Assembly: GCA_028693955.1 (NCBI GenBank) | Contig: JAQUUH010000002.1 | Span: 75,264-129,838, forward strand | Source of the DNA: Bacilli bacterium | Lineage (GTDB): Bacteria; Bacillota_I; Bacilli_A; RFN20; UBA1709 | Reading direction: 5' to 3' | Length of the DNA stretch: 54,575 bases | Shown here: positions 31,183 to 41,176 of the stretch, piece after piece | How the letters are laid out: the number at the start of each line of letters is the position of its first letter | Position numbering within the stretch: the first letter of the stretch is position 1 | Notes under the pieces: model-generated | What the model was told of the DNA's origin: nothing | The model's input: the letters and a program-made list of their open reading frames with translations, nothing else | Databases searched by the model: none | Program-made: the position numbers and the translations under genes

Positions 31183-32613
31183 ATGAAACTAAATACTAAG
31201 CGAACATTTTTCGTGGGATTTGCCTTTCTATTGATTTCATTATTTTGGCAAGTTTATGATGCAGTAGTTCCAAAAATGCTTGTTAATACTTTTGGATTAA
31301 ATCAAGCATGGTCTGGTGTTGTTATGGCTTTAGATAACGTCTTAGCGTTGTTTTTATTGCCATTTTTTGGTTCTTTATCTGATAAGGTAAAAAATAAAAG
31401 AGGAAGGAGAACGCCTTTTATTATTTGGGGAACAATCGCTGCTGCTGTTTTATTGACTAGTATAGCAATATTCGACACTTTGCAACTAAATCAATTAGCA
31501 GCAAGTAACATTGAACCTATTTTAAGATCTAATTTTACAAGTGATGCAGCTTTTGATGCGGCTTGGATTATAAGGCAAAATGCAGTATGGCAAGTAACAA
31601 TGAATAATATATTCTTATTGATTGCTTTTGTTTGTGTTTTGTTCTTTGTCTTACTTGCTATGGCAACATTTAGGTCGCCTGCAGTTGCTTTGATGCCAGA
31701 TGTTACTCCTAAACCATTACGTTCTAAGGCTAATGCCATCATTAATTTAATGGGGACCGCTGGAGGGATAATAGCTTTAGGAATGATGGCAATATTATCA
31801 AAGGATTTTAGAAGTTATATACCACTATTTATAATAACGGCAGTTTTAATGCTTGTATTTTTAGCAATCTTCTTGTGGAAAGTTAATGAACCAAAACTTG
31901 TTGGATTGATGAAAAAAGAATCTGAAGAAGCTGGTTATTTTGAAGAAATAGAAGAAGATAAAAAAGCTGATAAAGAAAATGCAAAAGGCGGAGTATCTTC
32001 TTTGTCTCCTGCTGTTAAAAAGAGTTTTTATTTAATTCTTATATCAGTATTTTTATGGTTTATGGCTTATAATGCTGCCACAACTAAATTTTCTCTTTAT
32101 GCTCAAAATGTATTAGGTATGGGATATAGTTTACCATTACTTGTAGCACAAGCAGCAGCAGTTGTTGCTTTTATACCAATAGGTATTATTGCTAGCAAAA
32201 TTGGAAGAAGAAAAACTATATTATCAGGTATTATAATATTGACTCTCGCGTTTTGTGTAGGGGCATTATTAACAATAGATACTTCTTTTCTTGCATATTT
32301 TGTAATGGCTTTTGCAGGAATAGGATGGGCTACAATAAATGTTAATTCTTATCCTATGGTTGTTGAAATGGGAAGGGGTAGTGATGTTGGTAAATTTACT
32401 GGGTATTATTACACAGCATCAATGGCTGCCCAAATAGTTACTCCAATTTTTTCTGGGAAACTTATGGATGTCTACAGTATGAGAGTTTTATTCCCATATT
32501 CAGCAATATTTGCAGCTTTAGCGTTTATTACAATGTTTTTTGTAAAGCATGGTGATTCAAAACCAATAAAAGTAAAGGATAAATTAGATAATTTTAATAC
32601 ACCAGAAGATTAA
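31183..32613 (+). CDS. MFS transporter (GPH/SLC45-like)
   Basis: About 12 TM, loop 2-3 motif GSLSDKVKNKRGRRTPFIIWG, acidic central loop. ATG 31183 or GTG 31174. Confidence 0.8.
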   Translation: MKLNTKRTFFVGFAFLLISLFWQVYDAVVPKMLVNTFGLNQAWSGVVMALDNVLALFLLPFFGSLSDKVKNKRGRRTPFIIWGTIAAAVLLTSIAIFDTLQLNQLAASNIEPILRSNFTSDAAFDAAWIIRQNAVWQVTMNNIFLLIAFVCVLFFVLLAMATFRSPAVALMPDVTPKPLRSKANAIINLMGTAGGIIALGMMAILSKDFRSYIPLFIITAVLMLVFLAIFLWKVNEPKLVGLMKKESEEAGYFEEIEEDKKADKENAKGGVSSLSPAVKKSFYLILISVFLWFMAYNAATTKFSLYAQNVLGMGYSLPLLVAQAAAVVAFIPIGIIASKIGRRKTILSGIIILTLAFCVGALLTIDTSFLAYFVMAFAGIGWATINVNSYPMVVEMGRGSDVGKFTGYYYTASMAAQIVTPIFSGKLMDVYSMRVLFPYSAIFAALAFITMFFVKHGDSKPIKVKDKLDNFNTPED

Positions 32614-32642
32614 TGTAAAAAATAATTTAATAGTATGTATAA

Positions 32643-32668
32643 ATCGGAGTTATCTCCGATTTTATTTT
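32643..32668 (+). terminator. Rho-independent terminator after the MFS gene
   Basis: ATCGGAG-ttat-CTCCGAT followed by TTTATTTT. Confidence 0.8.
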
Positions 32669-32710
32669 GAAAAAAAACCTTTAAAAGAGGATGATTTTAA
32701 CAAGTTAAAA

Positions 32711-32719
32711 TGTTATAAT
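32711..32719 (+). promoter_or_regulatory. Extended -10 promoter element of the phnD-like operon
   Basis: TGtTATAAT (TATAAT 32714-32719). No good -35. Leaves a leader of about 80 nt. Confidence 0.45.
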
Positions 32720-32804
32720 ATTTTTGATAGTGAAGAAACTATATAGTGTATCTAGACAATGCATTTGTTTCTTCTATCATAAATAACTGAAAAGGGGAGA
32801 GAAA

Positions 32805-33887
32805 ATGAAAAAAGGATTTATTAGTTTACTAGCCGTTGCGTCTATTGTTTTAGCAGGTTGTGGCTCATCAACTTCTACAGAATGTGAAGTTCCACTACCA
32901 GAAAATGATCCAGAAGAAATTAACGTCCAATTCGTTCCTTCCAAGAATGCTGATGCTATCATGTTAGTTGCTCCAGCTCTTGAAAGCCTACTAGCAAAAG
33001 AAGTTCCAGGACACACATTTAAAATTTCTGTAGGTACAGATTTTAATGCAGTTCTAGAAGGTATGGATGCTGGTCAAGTTCAAGTTGGGTTCTTAACATC
33101 TCAACAATATGCTCAAGCATCATTAGAAAGAGCCGGGAAAGTCCAAGTTCTTCTAACATCTGTTAGAAATGCAATGTATGTTCAAACACTACCATACGAA
33201 GAACAAGTAGCATTTATGAACAATCAAGCCAACAATTATCATGGTGAATATGTTACTAATGATGAGAAAGCAACAGCATATGCTTCTCAATTGACAACAA
33301 TGAAGTCAACATATGATGCAGGTCTAAAGACAGTAAAAGATCTTGCAGGAAAAACAGTATGTGCACTATCATCAAGCTCAGGATCTGGATACATTTATCC
33401 ATCAGTCCTACTTTACGAAAATGGTTTATCATTTACAACAGGTACACCAGATGCTTCTAAGGGTGAAGTAAAGTACTTACAAGTTAGTGGTCATACAGAT
33501 TCAATTAAAGCTTTATTACGTGGTGATTGCGATGCATCATTCTCTTACAATGATACAAGAAGAGATTTGTATTGGGTAAGTTCAAGTAATGCTTCAGCAG
33601 ATTCTGATGGTGATGGAGTTGCTGATGAATACAAAGATATCTTTGCAGATACTAGAGTAGTTGCTCTAAGTACATTAATTTATAATGATACAATCTCAGC
33701 TTCTACTTCAATTAGTCAAGATTTAAGAAATAGAGTTCAAAGAGCATTTATGAATGTTATTAAGACTCCAGAAGGATTAGAAGCATTGTCAGCTTATACT
33801 CATACAGGGTATAAATTAGCAACAGATTCTGATTATGAAGGAGAAAGATCAGTTTATAAATTTAAAGTAGAACATTTGAATAAGTAG
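32805..33887 (+). CDS. phnD: PhnD-family substrate-binding lipoprotein (phosphonate/phosphite-type ABC importer)
   Basis: Signal peptide with lipobox LAGC (Cys19). PhnD-like core (QFVPS.., GMDAGQVQVGFL, SGYIYP). GGGGAGAG RBS. Confidence 0.75.
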   Translation: MKKGFISLLAVASIVLAGCGSSTSTECEVPLPENDPEEINVQFVPSKNADAIMLVAPALESLLAKEVPGHTFKISVGTDFNAVLEGMDAGQVQVGFLTSQQYAQASLERAGKVQVLLTSVRNAMYVQTLPYEEQVAFMNNQANNYHGEYVTNDEKATAYASQLTTMKSTYDAGLKTVKDLAGKTVCALSSSSGSGYIYPSVLLYENGLSFTTGTPDASKGEVKYLQVSGHTDSIKALLRGDCDASFSYNDTRRDLYWVSSSNASADSDGDGVADEYKDIFADTRVVALSTLIYNDTISASTSISQDLRNRVQRAFMNVIKTPEGLEALSAYTHTGYKLATDSDYEGERSVYKFKVEHLNK

Positions 33888-33930
33888 ACAAATAATTTTA
33901 ATTTATTAGCAATTATAGGGGGACACTCGC

Positions 33931-34800
33931 ATGATAAAATTTATTAACACAGGCAAAAAATATCCTAATGGATTCCAAGCTTTAGAGAATATCAATTTGG
34001 AAATCAATGATGGAGAGTTTGTAGCAATAATTGGTTTATCAGGCGCGGGTAAGTCTACACTTTTAAGAACTATTAATAAGATGAATGCTGCAACAAGTGG
34101 ACAAGTCTTAGTTAATGATAAAGATGTTAGTAAATTAGAAGGAAAAGAATTACGAGAATTAAGAAGGAGCATAGGAATGATTTTCCAATCCTTTAATTTA
34201 GTAAAAAGAGCAAGTGTTTATAAAAACGTCTTGGCAGGTAGAGTGGCTTATCACTCTACCTTCAAGACGCTTTTTGGTATTTTCCCAGAAGAAGATAAAA
34301 TAATGGCACTTGAAGCTTTGGAAAAAATGGGAATTCTCGATAAAGCTTATGAAAGAGCAGATCGTTTGTCTGGAGGACAACAACAAAGAGTTGCACTTGC
34401 ACGAGCTTTAGCTCAAAACCCTAAAATTATTTTAGCCGATGAACCAGTAGCATCATTAGATCCTATTACAACTTTAGCAGTAATGGATGATTTTAAACGC
34501 ATTAATAGAGATTATGGTATAACTATTGTAGCTAATATGCACCATGTTGATTTAGCAGTAAAATATGCTGATAGAATAATTGGATTACAAGCAGGGAAAC
34601 TTGTATATGATGGTCCATCTGATGCTATTGATGAAGAAAAATTAATTCAAATATATGGACGTTCATTGCATGCTGATGAAGTTCATGGAAGAGTTGATGC
34701 TCCAAAAATTAAAGATGTTGCGGGAACTTCTGTTTTTGATAAAGAAAACAAAAAGGAAAAGAAAAAATCAGTTAAAATTTCTGATGTTGAAGGAGAGTAA
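33931..34800 (+). CDS. phnC: Phosphonate-type ABC importer ATP-binding protein PhnC
   Basis: GLSGAGKSTLLR, LSGGQQQRVALARAL, ILADEPVASLDP, MHHVDLA. PhnC-like N-terminus and a Lys-rich C-terminal tail. Confidence 0.88.
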   Translation: MIKFINTGKKYPNGFQALENINLEINDGEFVAIIGLSGAGKSTLLRTINKMNAATSGQVLVNDKDVSKLEGKELRELRRSIGMIFQSFNLVKRASVYKNVLAGRVAYHSTFKTLFGIFPEEDKIMALEALEKMGILDKAYERADRLSGGQQQRVALARALAQNPKIILADEPVASLDPITTLAVMDDFKRINRDYGITIVANMHHVDLAVKYADRIIGLQAGKLVYDGPSDAIDEEKLIQIYGRSLHADEVHGRVDAPKIKDVAGTSVFDKENKKEKKKSVKISDVEGE

Positions 34801-34802
34801 TT

Positions 34803-35651
34803 ATGTTAGCAGCAAAAACAATTACCCTACCTAGTGGAAAAACGGTTAAGCAACCATTTAACAAAATAATTATTCCTGCTGCCATCGCGATTGCAGTTTT
34901 TATTGTGTGCAGTTGGGTAGTTTTACAAAATAAAGGAACTTTAAAACTGTATGAAATAGGGACAATTTTCAAACAACTATTTTCTCCTACAGATTATCCA
35001 GCAATGAATATCCATCATACATGGGGAGATTATTTTGGTTATCTATTTTCTTTAGAAATAAGAGAGGCTCTTGGAGAGACACTAAGAATGAGCTTTATAG
35101 GGTCTATAATAGGTTCTGTTCTTTGTTTGCCTTTTGCTATATTATGTAGCCAAAATATTGTGAAAACAAAATGGATATATGTTCCTATGAGATTTATCAT
35201 AAATCTTGTTAGAACGATGCCAACAATGGTTATGGCTGTAATTGCAGTTTCTCTTATTGGTATGGGAGCATTAGCTGGAATTATTGCTACTTCTATTTTT
35301 ACTTTTGGAATAATGACAAAAATGCTGTATGAATGTATTGAGGCATTAGATATGGGACCATATGAAGCTTTGCAATCTTGTGGTGCTAATAAAACTCAGG
35401 CCTTTTTCTATTCTGTTTTCCCTCAATTATTACCAACATATTTAGGATATTTTATCTATAATTTTGAAATTAATGTTAGAACTTCAATTGTTTTGGGTTA
35501 TGTAGGTGCAGGAGGACTTGGGGTAATTTTACAAGCTAATATGGATAGTATTTATACTAGAAGTAGAGTTGGGGCTATCTTGATTATGATGTTCTTACTG
35601 GTTTTATTAATGCAAGCCTTCACCCGTTATGTTAGGGGGAAATTGCAATGA
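34803..35651 (+). CDS. phnE: Phosphonate-type ABC importer permease PhnE (1 of 2)
   Basis: EAA-type loop IEALDMGPYEALQSCGANKTQAFFYSVFPQ. About 6 TM. Confidence 0.82.
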   Translation: MLAAKTITLPSGKTVKQPFNKIIIPAAIAIAVFIVCSWVVLQNKGTLKLYEIGTIFKQLFSPTDYPAMNIHHTWGDYFGYLFSLEIREALGETLRMSFIGSIIGSVLCLPFAILCSQNIVKTKWIYVPMRFIINLVRTMPTMVMAVIAVSLIGMGALAGIIATSIFTFGIMTKMLYECIEALDMGPYEALQSCGANKTQAFFYSVFPQLLPTYLGYFIYNFEINVRTSIVLGYVGAGGLGVILQANMDSIYTRSRVGAILIMMFLLVLLMQAFTRYVRGKLQ

Positions 35652-36523
35652 TGAAATTTTGGAATAAAAAGAAGCATGAAATCAAAAAAATTCAAACACA
35701 ACTTAACGATCAAGAACAAGCAAGTCAAAAAGTAGCCGACAAATACAATCAACGTCCAAAAAAATGGATGTATAATGGTGGAATAGCTTTGCTTGTTGTT
35801 GCTGCTGTTGTTTATGCGTTTATTTCTTCGGAAATTTCTATAAGAGATGTTGATTTTGCAACGCAATTTTATTATTTATGGAGAGGTTTTACTCATCCTA
35901 ACACTGATTTTTTATTTGACATGTCCAAGGGAGGAGTACCTTATTTGACTCTTGAGACAATTGCAATAGCTTTTTCCGGTACTTTTTTGGCGGCAATTCT
36001 TGCTATTCCTTTTGGGTTTTTAACTGCTAAAAATGTAGTTGGTAAACATTGGTCAAAATTAGGAGAGGTACTTTTAATAATAATTAGAACATTTCCAGAA
36101 ATCGTTTTAGCTTTGGTACTTATCAGAGTAATTGGTATGGGAGCAACAACTGGAGCATTAACAATTGGTATTCACTCTATTGGTATGTTAGCAAAACTTT
36201 ATGCAGAAGCTATAGAAAATATGGATCAAGGACCAATAGAGGCACTTGATGCTGTTGGAGCAAATGTTTGGCAAAAAATTAGATATGGTATTTTACCTCA
36301 AGTTATTCCTGATTTCTTGTCAGTGGCTCTATATAGATTTGACATTAATGTTAGGTCAGCAACTATTTTAGGTATGGTTAGTGCAGGAGGCCTTGGAGCA
36401 CCATTAATTTTTGCTTCTCAAGCTTGGAATTGGTCACAAATGAGTTCAGTTTTGATAGCAATTGTAATAATGGTTATAACTGTAGACTTTATATCAAGTA
36501 AATTAAGACAAAAATTAGTATAA
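35648..36523 (+). CDS. phnE: Phosphonate-type ABC importer permease PhnE (2 of 2)
   Basis: EAA-type loop IENMDQGPIEALDAVGANVWQKIRYGILPQ. ATGATGA overlap with the upstream stop. Confidence 0.82.
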   Translation: MMKFWNKKKHEIKKIQTQLNDQEQASQKVADKYNQRPKKWMYNGGIALLVVAAVVYAFISSEISIRDVDFATQFYYLWRGFTHPNTDFLFDMSKGGVPYLTLETIAIAFSGTFLAAILAIPFGFLTAKNVVGKHWSKLGEVLLIIIRTFPEIVLALVLIRVIGMGATTGALTIGIHSIGMLAKLYAEAIENMDQGPIEALDAVGANVWQKIRYGILPQVIPDFLSVALYRFDINVRSATILGMVSAGGLGAPLIFASQAWNWSQMSSVLIAIVIMVITVDFISSKLRQKLV

Positions 36524-36529
36524 AAAATA

Positions 36530-36552
36530 AACTGCCTCTTGGGGCAGTTTTT
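36530..36552 (+). terminator. Rho-independent terminator after the phn-like operon
   Basis: AACTGCC-tcttgg-GGCAGTT followed by a T-run. Confidence 0.75.
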
Positions 36553-36567
36553 AATTTTAAAAAAACT

Positions 36568-36596
36568 TTGCAATGTTTTAATAATTATATTATAAT
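36568..36596 (+). promoter_or_regulatory. Promoter of the rpsF-ssb-rpsR operon
   Basis: TTGCAA (36568-36573), 17-nt spacer, TATAAT (36591-36596). Confidence 0.7.
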
Positions 36597-36602
36597 TAAT
36601 GA

Positions 36603-36684
36603 GCACTTAAAGTGAAGGAAGTGCAATTTCTCTTCGCCATTTTATTATTGATAATGGCCGAATTGTCCAAGAGGAGGTGTCCGT
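36603..36684 (+). promoter_or_regulatory. Structured rpsF 5' leader (candidate S6:S18 autoregulatory element)
   Basis: Two hairpins: GCACTT-(10 nt)-AAGTGC (36603-36624) and GCCATT-(11 nt)-AATGGC (36636-36658), before the GAGGAGG RBS. Confidence 0.4.
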
Positions 36685-36969
36685 ATGAAAAAGTACGAAA
36701 CAATGATTATTCTAAACATCAATTTAGAAGAAGAAGCTCGTAAAGCAGCCCTAGAAGGATTGCTAGATGTTTTAAAGACTAACGGAGCAGAAAAAATTGA
36801 AGTAAATGAATGGGGTAGTCGCGAGTTTGCTTATGAAATAGAAAAGCAAACTAGAGGTTACTATGTTGTTCTCACATATGAAACAAACAATATGCTTTTA
36901 AATAAAGAGTTTGAACGTATTTGTGGGATCAACCAAAATGTTGTTCGACATATGACTATAGCTTTATAG
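36685..36969 (+). CDS. rpsF: 30S ribosomal protein S6
   Basis: MKKYETMIIL.. typical S6 N-terminus. Conserved rpsF-ssb-rpsR order. Confidence 0.95.
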   Translation: MKKYETMIILNINLEEEARKAALEGLLDVLKTNGAEKIEVNEWGSREFAYEIEKQTRGYYVVLTYETNNMLLNKEFERICGINQNVVRHMTIAL

Positions 36970-36985
36970 TAGGAGGGAAAATAAC

Positions 36986-37438
36986 ATGATAAATAGAGTG
37001 GTATTAGTTGGAAGATTAGTTCGTGATCCAAATGAATTACGTCGTTCAGTTAATAACAATGCGGTTACATCCTTCACTATAGCTTGTGATAACCGATTTG
37101 CAAAACAAGAAGAAAACAAGACAGATTTTATTAATTGTGTAGTTTGGAATAAAACAGCAGAGTTTGTTTCTCAATATGCAAGAAAGGGAAGTCTTGTTGG
37201 GGTTGAAGGAAGACTTCAATCACGATCATATGAAAAAGATGGTCGACGTGTTTATGTGCTAGAAGTAGTTTGTGATAATGTTCAACTACTAGAACCTAAA
37301 AGCGTAAATACCCAAAGAATTAATGATGATTTTTCACAACCTGGGTATGATTCATATCAAAGTCAAACATCTAATAAAAGTACCAATGAAGACTATTCTC
37401 AAGGTATTGATGTTCCAGATGATGACTTACCATTTTAA
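36986..37438 (+). CDS. ssb: Single-stranded DNA-binding protein
   Basis: [18 protein letters not shown]-type OB fold, C-terminal acidic tip DDDLPF. Confidence 0.95.
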   Translation: MINRVVLVGRLVRDPNELRRSVNNNAVTSFTIACDNRFAKQEENKTDFINCVVWNKTAEFVSQYARKGSLVGVEGRLQSRSYEKDGRRVYVLEVVCDNVQLLEPKSVNTQRINDDFSQPGYDSYQSQTSNKSTNEDYSQGIDVPDDDLPF

Positions 37439-37452
37439 AGGAGGAAATTATT

Positions 37453-37680
37453 ATGGCATTTAAAAAGCAACGCCCTAGAAAAAAGGTTTGTTTCTTTACA
37501 AAAAACAAAATTACATATATTGATTATAAAGATGTAGATTTACTTAGAAGATTTATATCAGCTAATGGTAAAATTTCACCACGTCGTGTAACAGGAACCA
37601 GTGCTAAATATCAAAGAATGTTAGCAGTAGCTATCAAACGTGCACGTCAAATGGCATTACTTCCATACGGAATTGAGTAA
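37453..37680 (+). CDS. rpsR: 30S ribosomal protein S18
   Basis: 75 aa. [22 protein letters not shown] motif. Confidence 0.95.
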   Translation: MAFKKQRPRKKVCFFTKNKITYIDYKDVDLLRRFISANGKISPRRVTGTSAKYQRMLAVAIKRARQMALLPYGIE

Positions 37681-37693
37681 TTTTGAAAATTAT

Positions 37694-37718
37694 ACCCCCA
37701 GAAGTCTGGGGGTTTTTT
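37694..37718 (+). terminator. Rho-independent terminator after rpsR
   Basis: ACCCCCAG-aagt-CTGGGGGT followed by T6. Confidence 0.85.
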
Positions 37719-37734
37719 CAAAAAAGGAGGATAT

Positions 37735-38664
37735 ATGAGAAACGATACTAAAAGATTAGTAGAGGGTGCATTATTTGTAGGAATATATTGTGTATTCTTT
37801 TTAGTATCGCGTTTTTTAGGGGGATTTTTAGAAAGTATCGCGTTTTTTATTTTACCTTTGCCGTTGGCAATATTTACTAGAAGATATGGGTATAAAAAAG
37901 CCCTGATACCTTTTTTTGCAATTTTAATTTTAGGCAGTTTTTTCAATTTGATGTCAACAATATTCTATGTTTTGACAGCAAATGTTTTAGGAATAGTGTA
38001 TGGAGAGTTGATTAGAAGAAATTCTAGTGATATTAAAATTTTATTAGTTTGTGCTTTAACATCTATGGTTGTTAATACACTAACTATGGTTATTTTTGCA
38101 AATTTATTCAATTATGATATTACAACGGAAATTAATATCATAATTGAGTATATTTATAAATTAATGAGAATAAATGGTGATGATGAATATCTAAAGATAA
38201 TAGTTGCTAAAAGCATCCCAACATTTATTTTCTTTATGGGAATAGTCGAAGGATTTTTGATACATTTTGCTAATTCTTTTGTACTTTATAGGTTAAAAGA
38301 AATAAACAAGATGCCGACTAATATTGTGTATCTAACATTACCTCAAAATATGGCTTTTGCTTATATTGTAGTCATAATACTATACTTAGTTTTCATACCT
38401 AATTATCTTGGAGTTATAGGTGTATGGGGAATTATTTCTACAATAATTTTTAATGTTTTTTGGAGTGGAGTTCTTCTTTTCTTTTTCCAAGGTTATATAA
38501 GTTCAGTTTTATTTGCAAAAAGAAAAAACAGAATGCAAATCTATTTAATACTTGTTATAGCTGGTATTTTCTTATTTACTGTCTATTTTGTTTTAATTGA
38601 AGCGGCTATAGGATTCGTTTTCGTTATTAGTGATTATCATAAAAAATTATTGTATAATAAATGA
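37735..38664 (+). CDS. yybS: YybS-like DUF2232 membrane protein
   Basis: Polytopic membrane protein immediately upstream of gdpP, as with yybS-yybT in B. subtilis. Confidence 0.65.
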   Translation: MRNDTKRLVEGALFVGIYCVFFLVSRFLGGFLESIAFFILPLPLAIFTRRYGYKKALIPFFAILILGSFFNLMSTIFYVLTANVLGIVYGELIRRNSSDIKILLVCALTSMVVNTLTMVIFANLFNYDITTEINIIIEYIYKLMRINGDDEYLKIIVAKSIPTFIFFMGIVEGFLIHFANSFVLYRLKEINKMPTNIVYLTLPQNMAFAYIVVIILYLVFIPNYLGVIGVWGIISTIIFNVFWSGVLLFFFQGYISSVLFAKRKNRMQIYLILVIAGIFLFTVYFVLIEAAIGFVFVISDYHKKLLYNK

Positions 38665-38684
38665 AGTAGTGGGAGTTGATAATA

Positions 38685-40694
38685 ATGCTTAAAAAACTCA
38701 AAAAAATTAAGGTAACAACATTAACTTATCTTTTAATTGAAACTCTTTTAATATTTGCTGTAATTATGTTAAAGCTTTTTTACTACGAACAATACTTGTT
38801 TATAGATAATATTAACTTTGTTTATTTCTTTTTCTTAGCATTAATAGGATTTAATATATATTATATTACTTCAACAATAAGAAGCATTGAAGTCATTGCT
38901 CAAAGAAATTATCAAGATATAAAAAGTGTTCTTGGAGCCGATATTAGCGAAGGCTTGTTATTTGGTCAAGTTGGGTTAATTATGTATGATTCAAACAAAG
39001 AAATAATTTGGACATCAGAGCTTTTTGATGATAGAAACATTAAGTGTCTTGGTAAAGATATATTAAATCTTTTTCCAGAATTAAAGTCTTTTTTTGCTGA
39101 AGGGCCCAAAGTTCCTACAGAGTTAAAATGTAATTATAATAATAGAATATATAATGTGTTACATATGCGTGAATTAAATGTTTTAGTTTTCAAAGATGTA
39201 AGTGAATTAGAAGATTTATATGATCTTAGAAAGAATGAATTTCCAGTTTTCTTAACACTATCAATTGATAATTTAACAGATATTGCAAATCTAGCAAAAG
39301 ATGAAAGATTTACGCAAGTAGAACTCGATATCCGGAAGTCTATTCTTGAGTGGGCTAAAAAGTATGATGTTTTTATCAAAAGAATAAAAGATGATATCTA
39401 TTTGATTCTTACTAATGAAAAAAAATATGAAGAAATAGTTTATGATAAATTTAATATTATTGAAAAAGTAAGAGAACTTACTAAAGAAAATTCTGTTCCA
39501 ATAACAATAAGTATTGGTGTTGGACGAGGAGTCACAGATTATCTAGCTTTATCCGAATTATCTTCTTCTGCTATAGATGTTGCACTTAGCCGAGGTGGCG
39601 GTCAAGTTGTTATTAATAACTATGGTTCTCATATGGAATTTTATGGAGGTACTGAAGACATTGTTGCTAAGAAAAACTCAGTGCGTTCAAGAGTATTGGC
39701 TCAATCGTTATATGCTCATATTCAAACAAATTCTACGATTCTTATAGTACCACATGATGTTGCAGATTTTGATGCAATAGGGGCAGCACTTGGGGTTTAT
39801 ACTTTAGCAAAATATGCTAAGAAGAATACTCATATAGTTTGTGAACTTTCAAACATGGAAATGAAGACTAGATCGGCTATTAGGGATATTTTTTCAAAGG
39901 AAGAGGTTGATGATATTTTCATTTCAGAAGAAAAATCTCTTCAACTAAATAATGATAATACACTGGTAATTCTTGTTGATGTTAATCGTTCAAAATTGAC
40001 TACATGTCCAAAGTTAATTGAAGTAGCTAAAAATGTTGCAGTAATTGATCATCATCGTCGAGCAGAAGATGCTATAGATAATCCAGTTTTTGCGATAATT
40101 GAAACTACAGCTTCTTCAACAGGAGAAATAGTTATAGAACTTTTGAAGTTTAATCAAAATAAAATCGAGGTTGATAATAGAATTGCAACAATTATGTTTA
40201 CTGGCATATTATTAGATACAAACGGGTTTAAGAGTGCCACATCATCTTATACTTTTGAGGCCGCAATGAATTTAAAAGAATATGGAGCTAATGTTGTTGC
40301 TGCCAATAATTATTTAAAAGATGAATATGAAGAGTATTTATTAAAAACAAAAATAATGAATAACGCTGAAACTATTCATTTTGGAATAGTTGTTGCTAGT
40401 GCCACTGAAGATATTATTATTGATCGAACAATGCTTGCTAAAGTTGGTAAAGAAGCAATGAGTGTTAAAGGTATTAAAGCAATATTTGTTATAGGTAAAA
40501 TATCTCAAACAGATATTGGTATTAGTGCTCGGTCAGATGGCACAATAAATGTTCAAATGATATTAGAAAAGATGGGTGGTGGAGGTCATTTTTCAATGGC
40601 TGCTGCTCAAATAAAAGATAAGACATTACAAGATGTAAAAGCAGAACTAATAAAACTGCTTGATTTGTATATTAATGAAGTTAGAAATGATTAG
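38685..40694 (+). CDS. gdpP: Cyclic-di-AMP phosphodiesterase GdpP
   Basis: Two N-terminal TMs, PAS-like and degenerate GGDEF region, DHH domain (VIDHHRR), DHHA1 GGGGH. ATG 38685 preferred over TTG 38676. Confidence 0.88.
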   Translation: MLKKLKKIKVTTLTYLLIETLLIFAVIMLKLFYYEQYLFIDNINFVYFFFLALIGFNIYYITSTIRSIEVIAQRNYQDIKSVLGADISEGLLFGQVGLIMYDSNKEIIWTSELFDDRNIKCLGKDILNLFPELKSFFAEGPKVPTELKCNYNNRIYNVLHMRELNVLVFKDVSELEDLYDLRKNEFPVFLTLSIDNLTDIANLAKDERFTQVELDIRKSILEWAKKYDVFIKRIKDDIYLILTNEKKYEEIVYDKFNIIEKVRELTKENSVPITISIGVGRGVTDYLALSELSSSAIDVALSRGGGQVVINNYGSHMEFYGGTEDIVAKKNSVRSRVLAQSLYAHIQTNSTILIVPHDVADFDAIGAALGVYTLAKYAKKNTHIVCELSNMEMKTRSAIRDIFSKEEVDDIFISEEKSLQLNNDNTLVILVDVNRSKLTTCPKLIEVAKNVAVIDHHRRAEDAIDNPVFAIIETTASSTGEIVIELLKFNQNKIEVDNRIATIMFTGILLDTNGFKSATSSYTFEAAMNLKEYGANVVAANNYLKDEYEEYLLKTKIMNNAETIHFGIVVASATEDIIIDRTMLAKVGKEAMSVKGIKAIFVIGKISQTDIGISARSDGTINVQMILEKMGGGGHFSMAAAQIKDKTLQDVKAELIKLLDLYINEVRND

Positions 40695-40705
40695 GAGTGA
40701 AAGTT

Positions 40706-41158
40706 ATGAAAGTTATTTTATTACAAGATGTAAAAAATGTTGGTAAAAAAGGAAATGTTGCTGAAGTTTCAGATGGATATGCTATCAATTTTTTGTTTGC
40801 TAAGAATCTTGCTGTTAAGGCTACAGAAAGAGGTCTTGAAGTAAAAAAAGAAGAAGAAATAAAACGAAAAATTGAAAATGAAAAGAAAAAAGAAGAAACA
40901 TTAAATCTTAAAAAAGAATTAGAAAAAATAAATTTATTATTTAAAGCAAAGTCTGGTAAAGATGGTCAAATGTTTGGTTCAATATCCACAAAACAAATTT
41001 GTGAAGAATTAAAAAATAAACATGGTATAGAACTTGATAAAAGAAAATTTATTGATAACCAACCAATTAGTAGTTTTGGCTGGTCTAGACCTAAGTTTGA
41101 ATTGATGAAGGGCGTTATTGCAGTTATTAATATAGAAGTTAAAGAGGAAACCAAATAA
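40706..41158 (+). CDS. rplI: 50S ribosomal protein L9
   Basis: [17 protein letters not shown]-terminus. ATG 40706 after AGGAGTG (the track's GTG is 40697). Confidence 0.93.
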   Translation: MKVILLQDVKNVGKKGNVAEVSDGYAINFLFAKNLAVKATERGLEVKKEEEIKRKIENEKKKEETLNLKKELEKINLLFKAKSGKDGQMFGSISTKQICEELKNKHGIELDKRKFIDNQPISSFGWSRPKFELMKGVIAVINIEVKEETK

Positions 41159-41176
41159 TTAGGGAGGTAATTACTT

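Noticed and set aside
40970-40985. DnaA-box-like 9-mers (e.g. ATATCCACA in rplI, TGTGGATGT at 8650, TTATCCAAG at 13268), given the origin-proximal gene content.
   Set aside because: These are isolated one- or two-mismatch hits inside coding or promoter DNA. There is no cluster, no adjacent AT-rich unwinding element and no dnaA/dnaN. They are not an origin.
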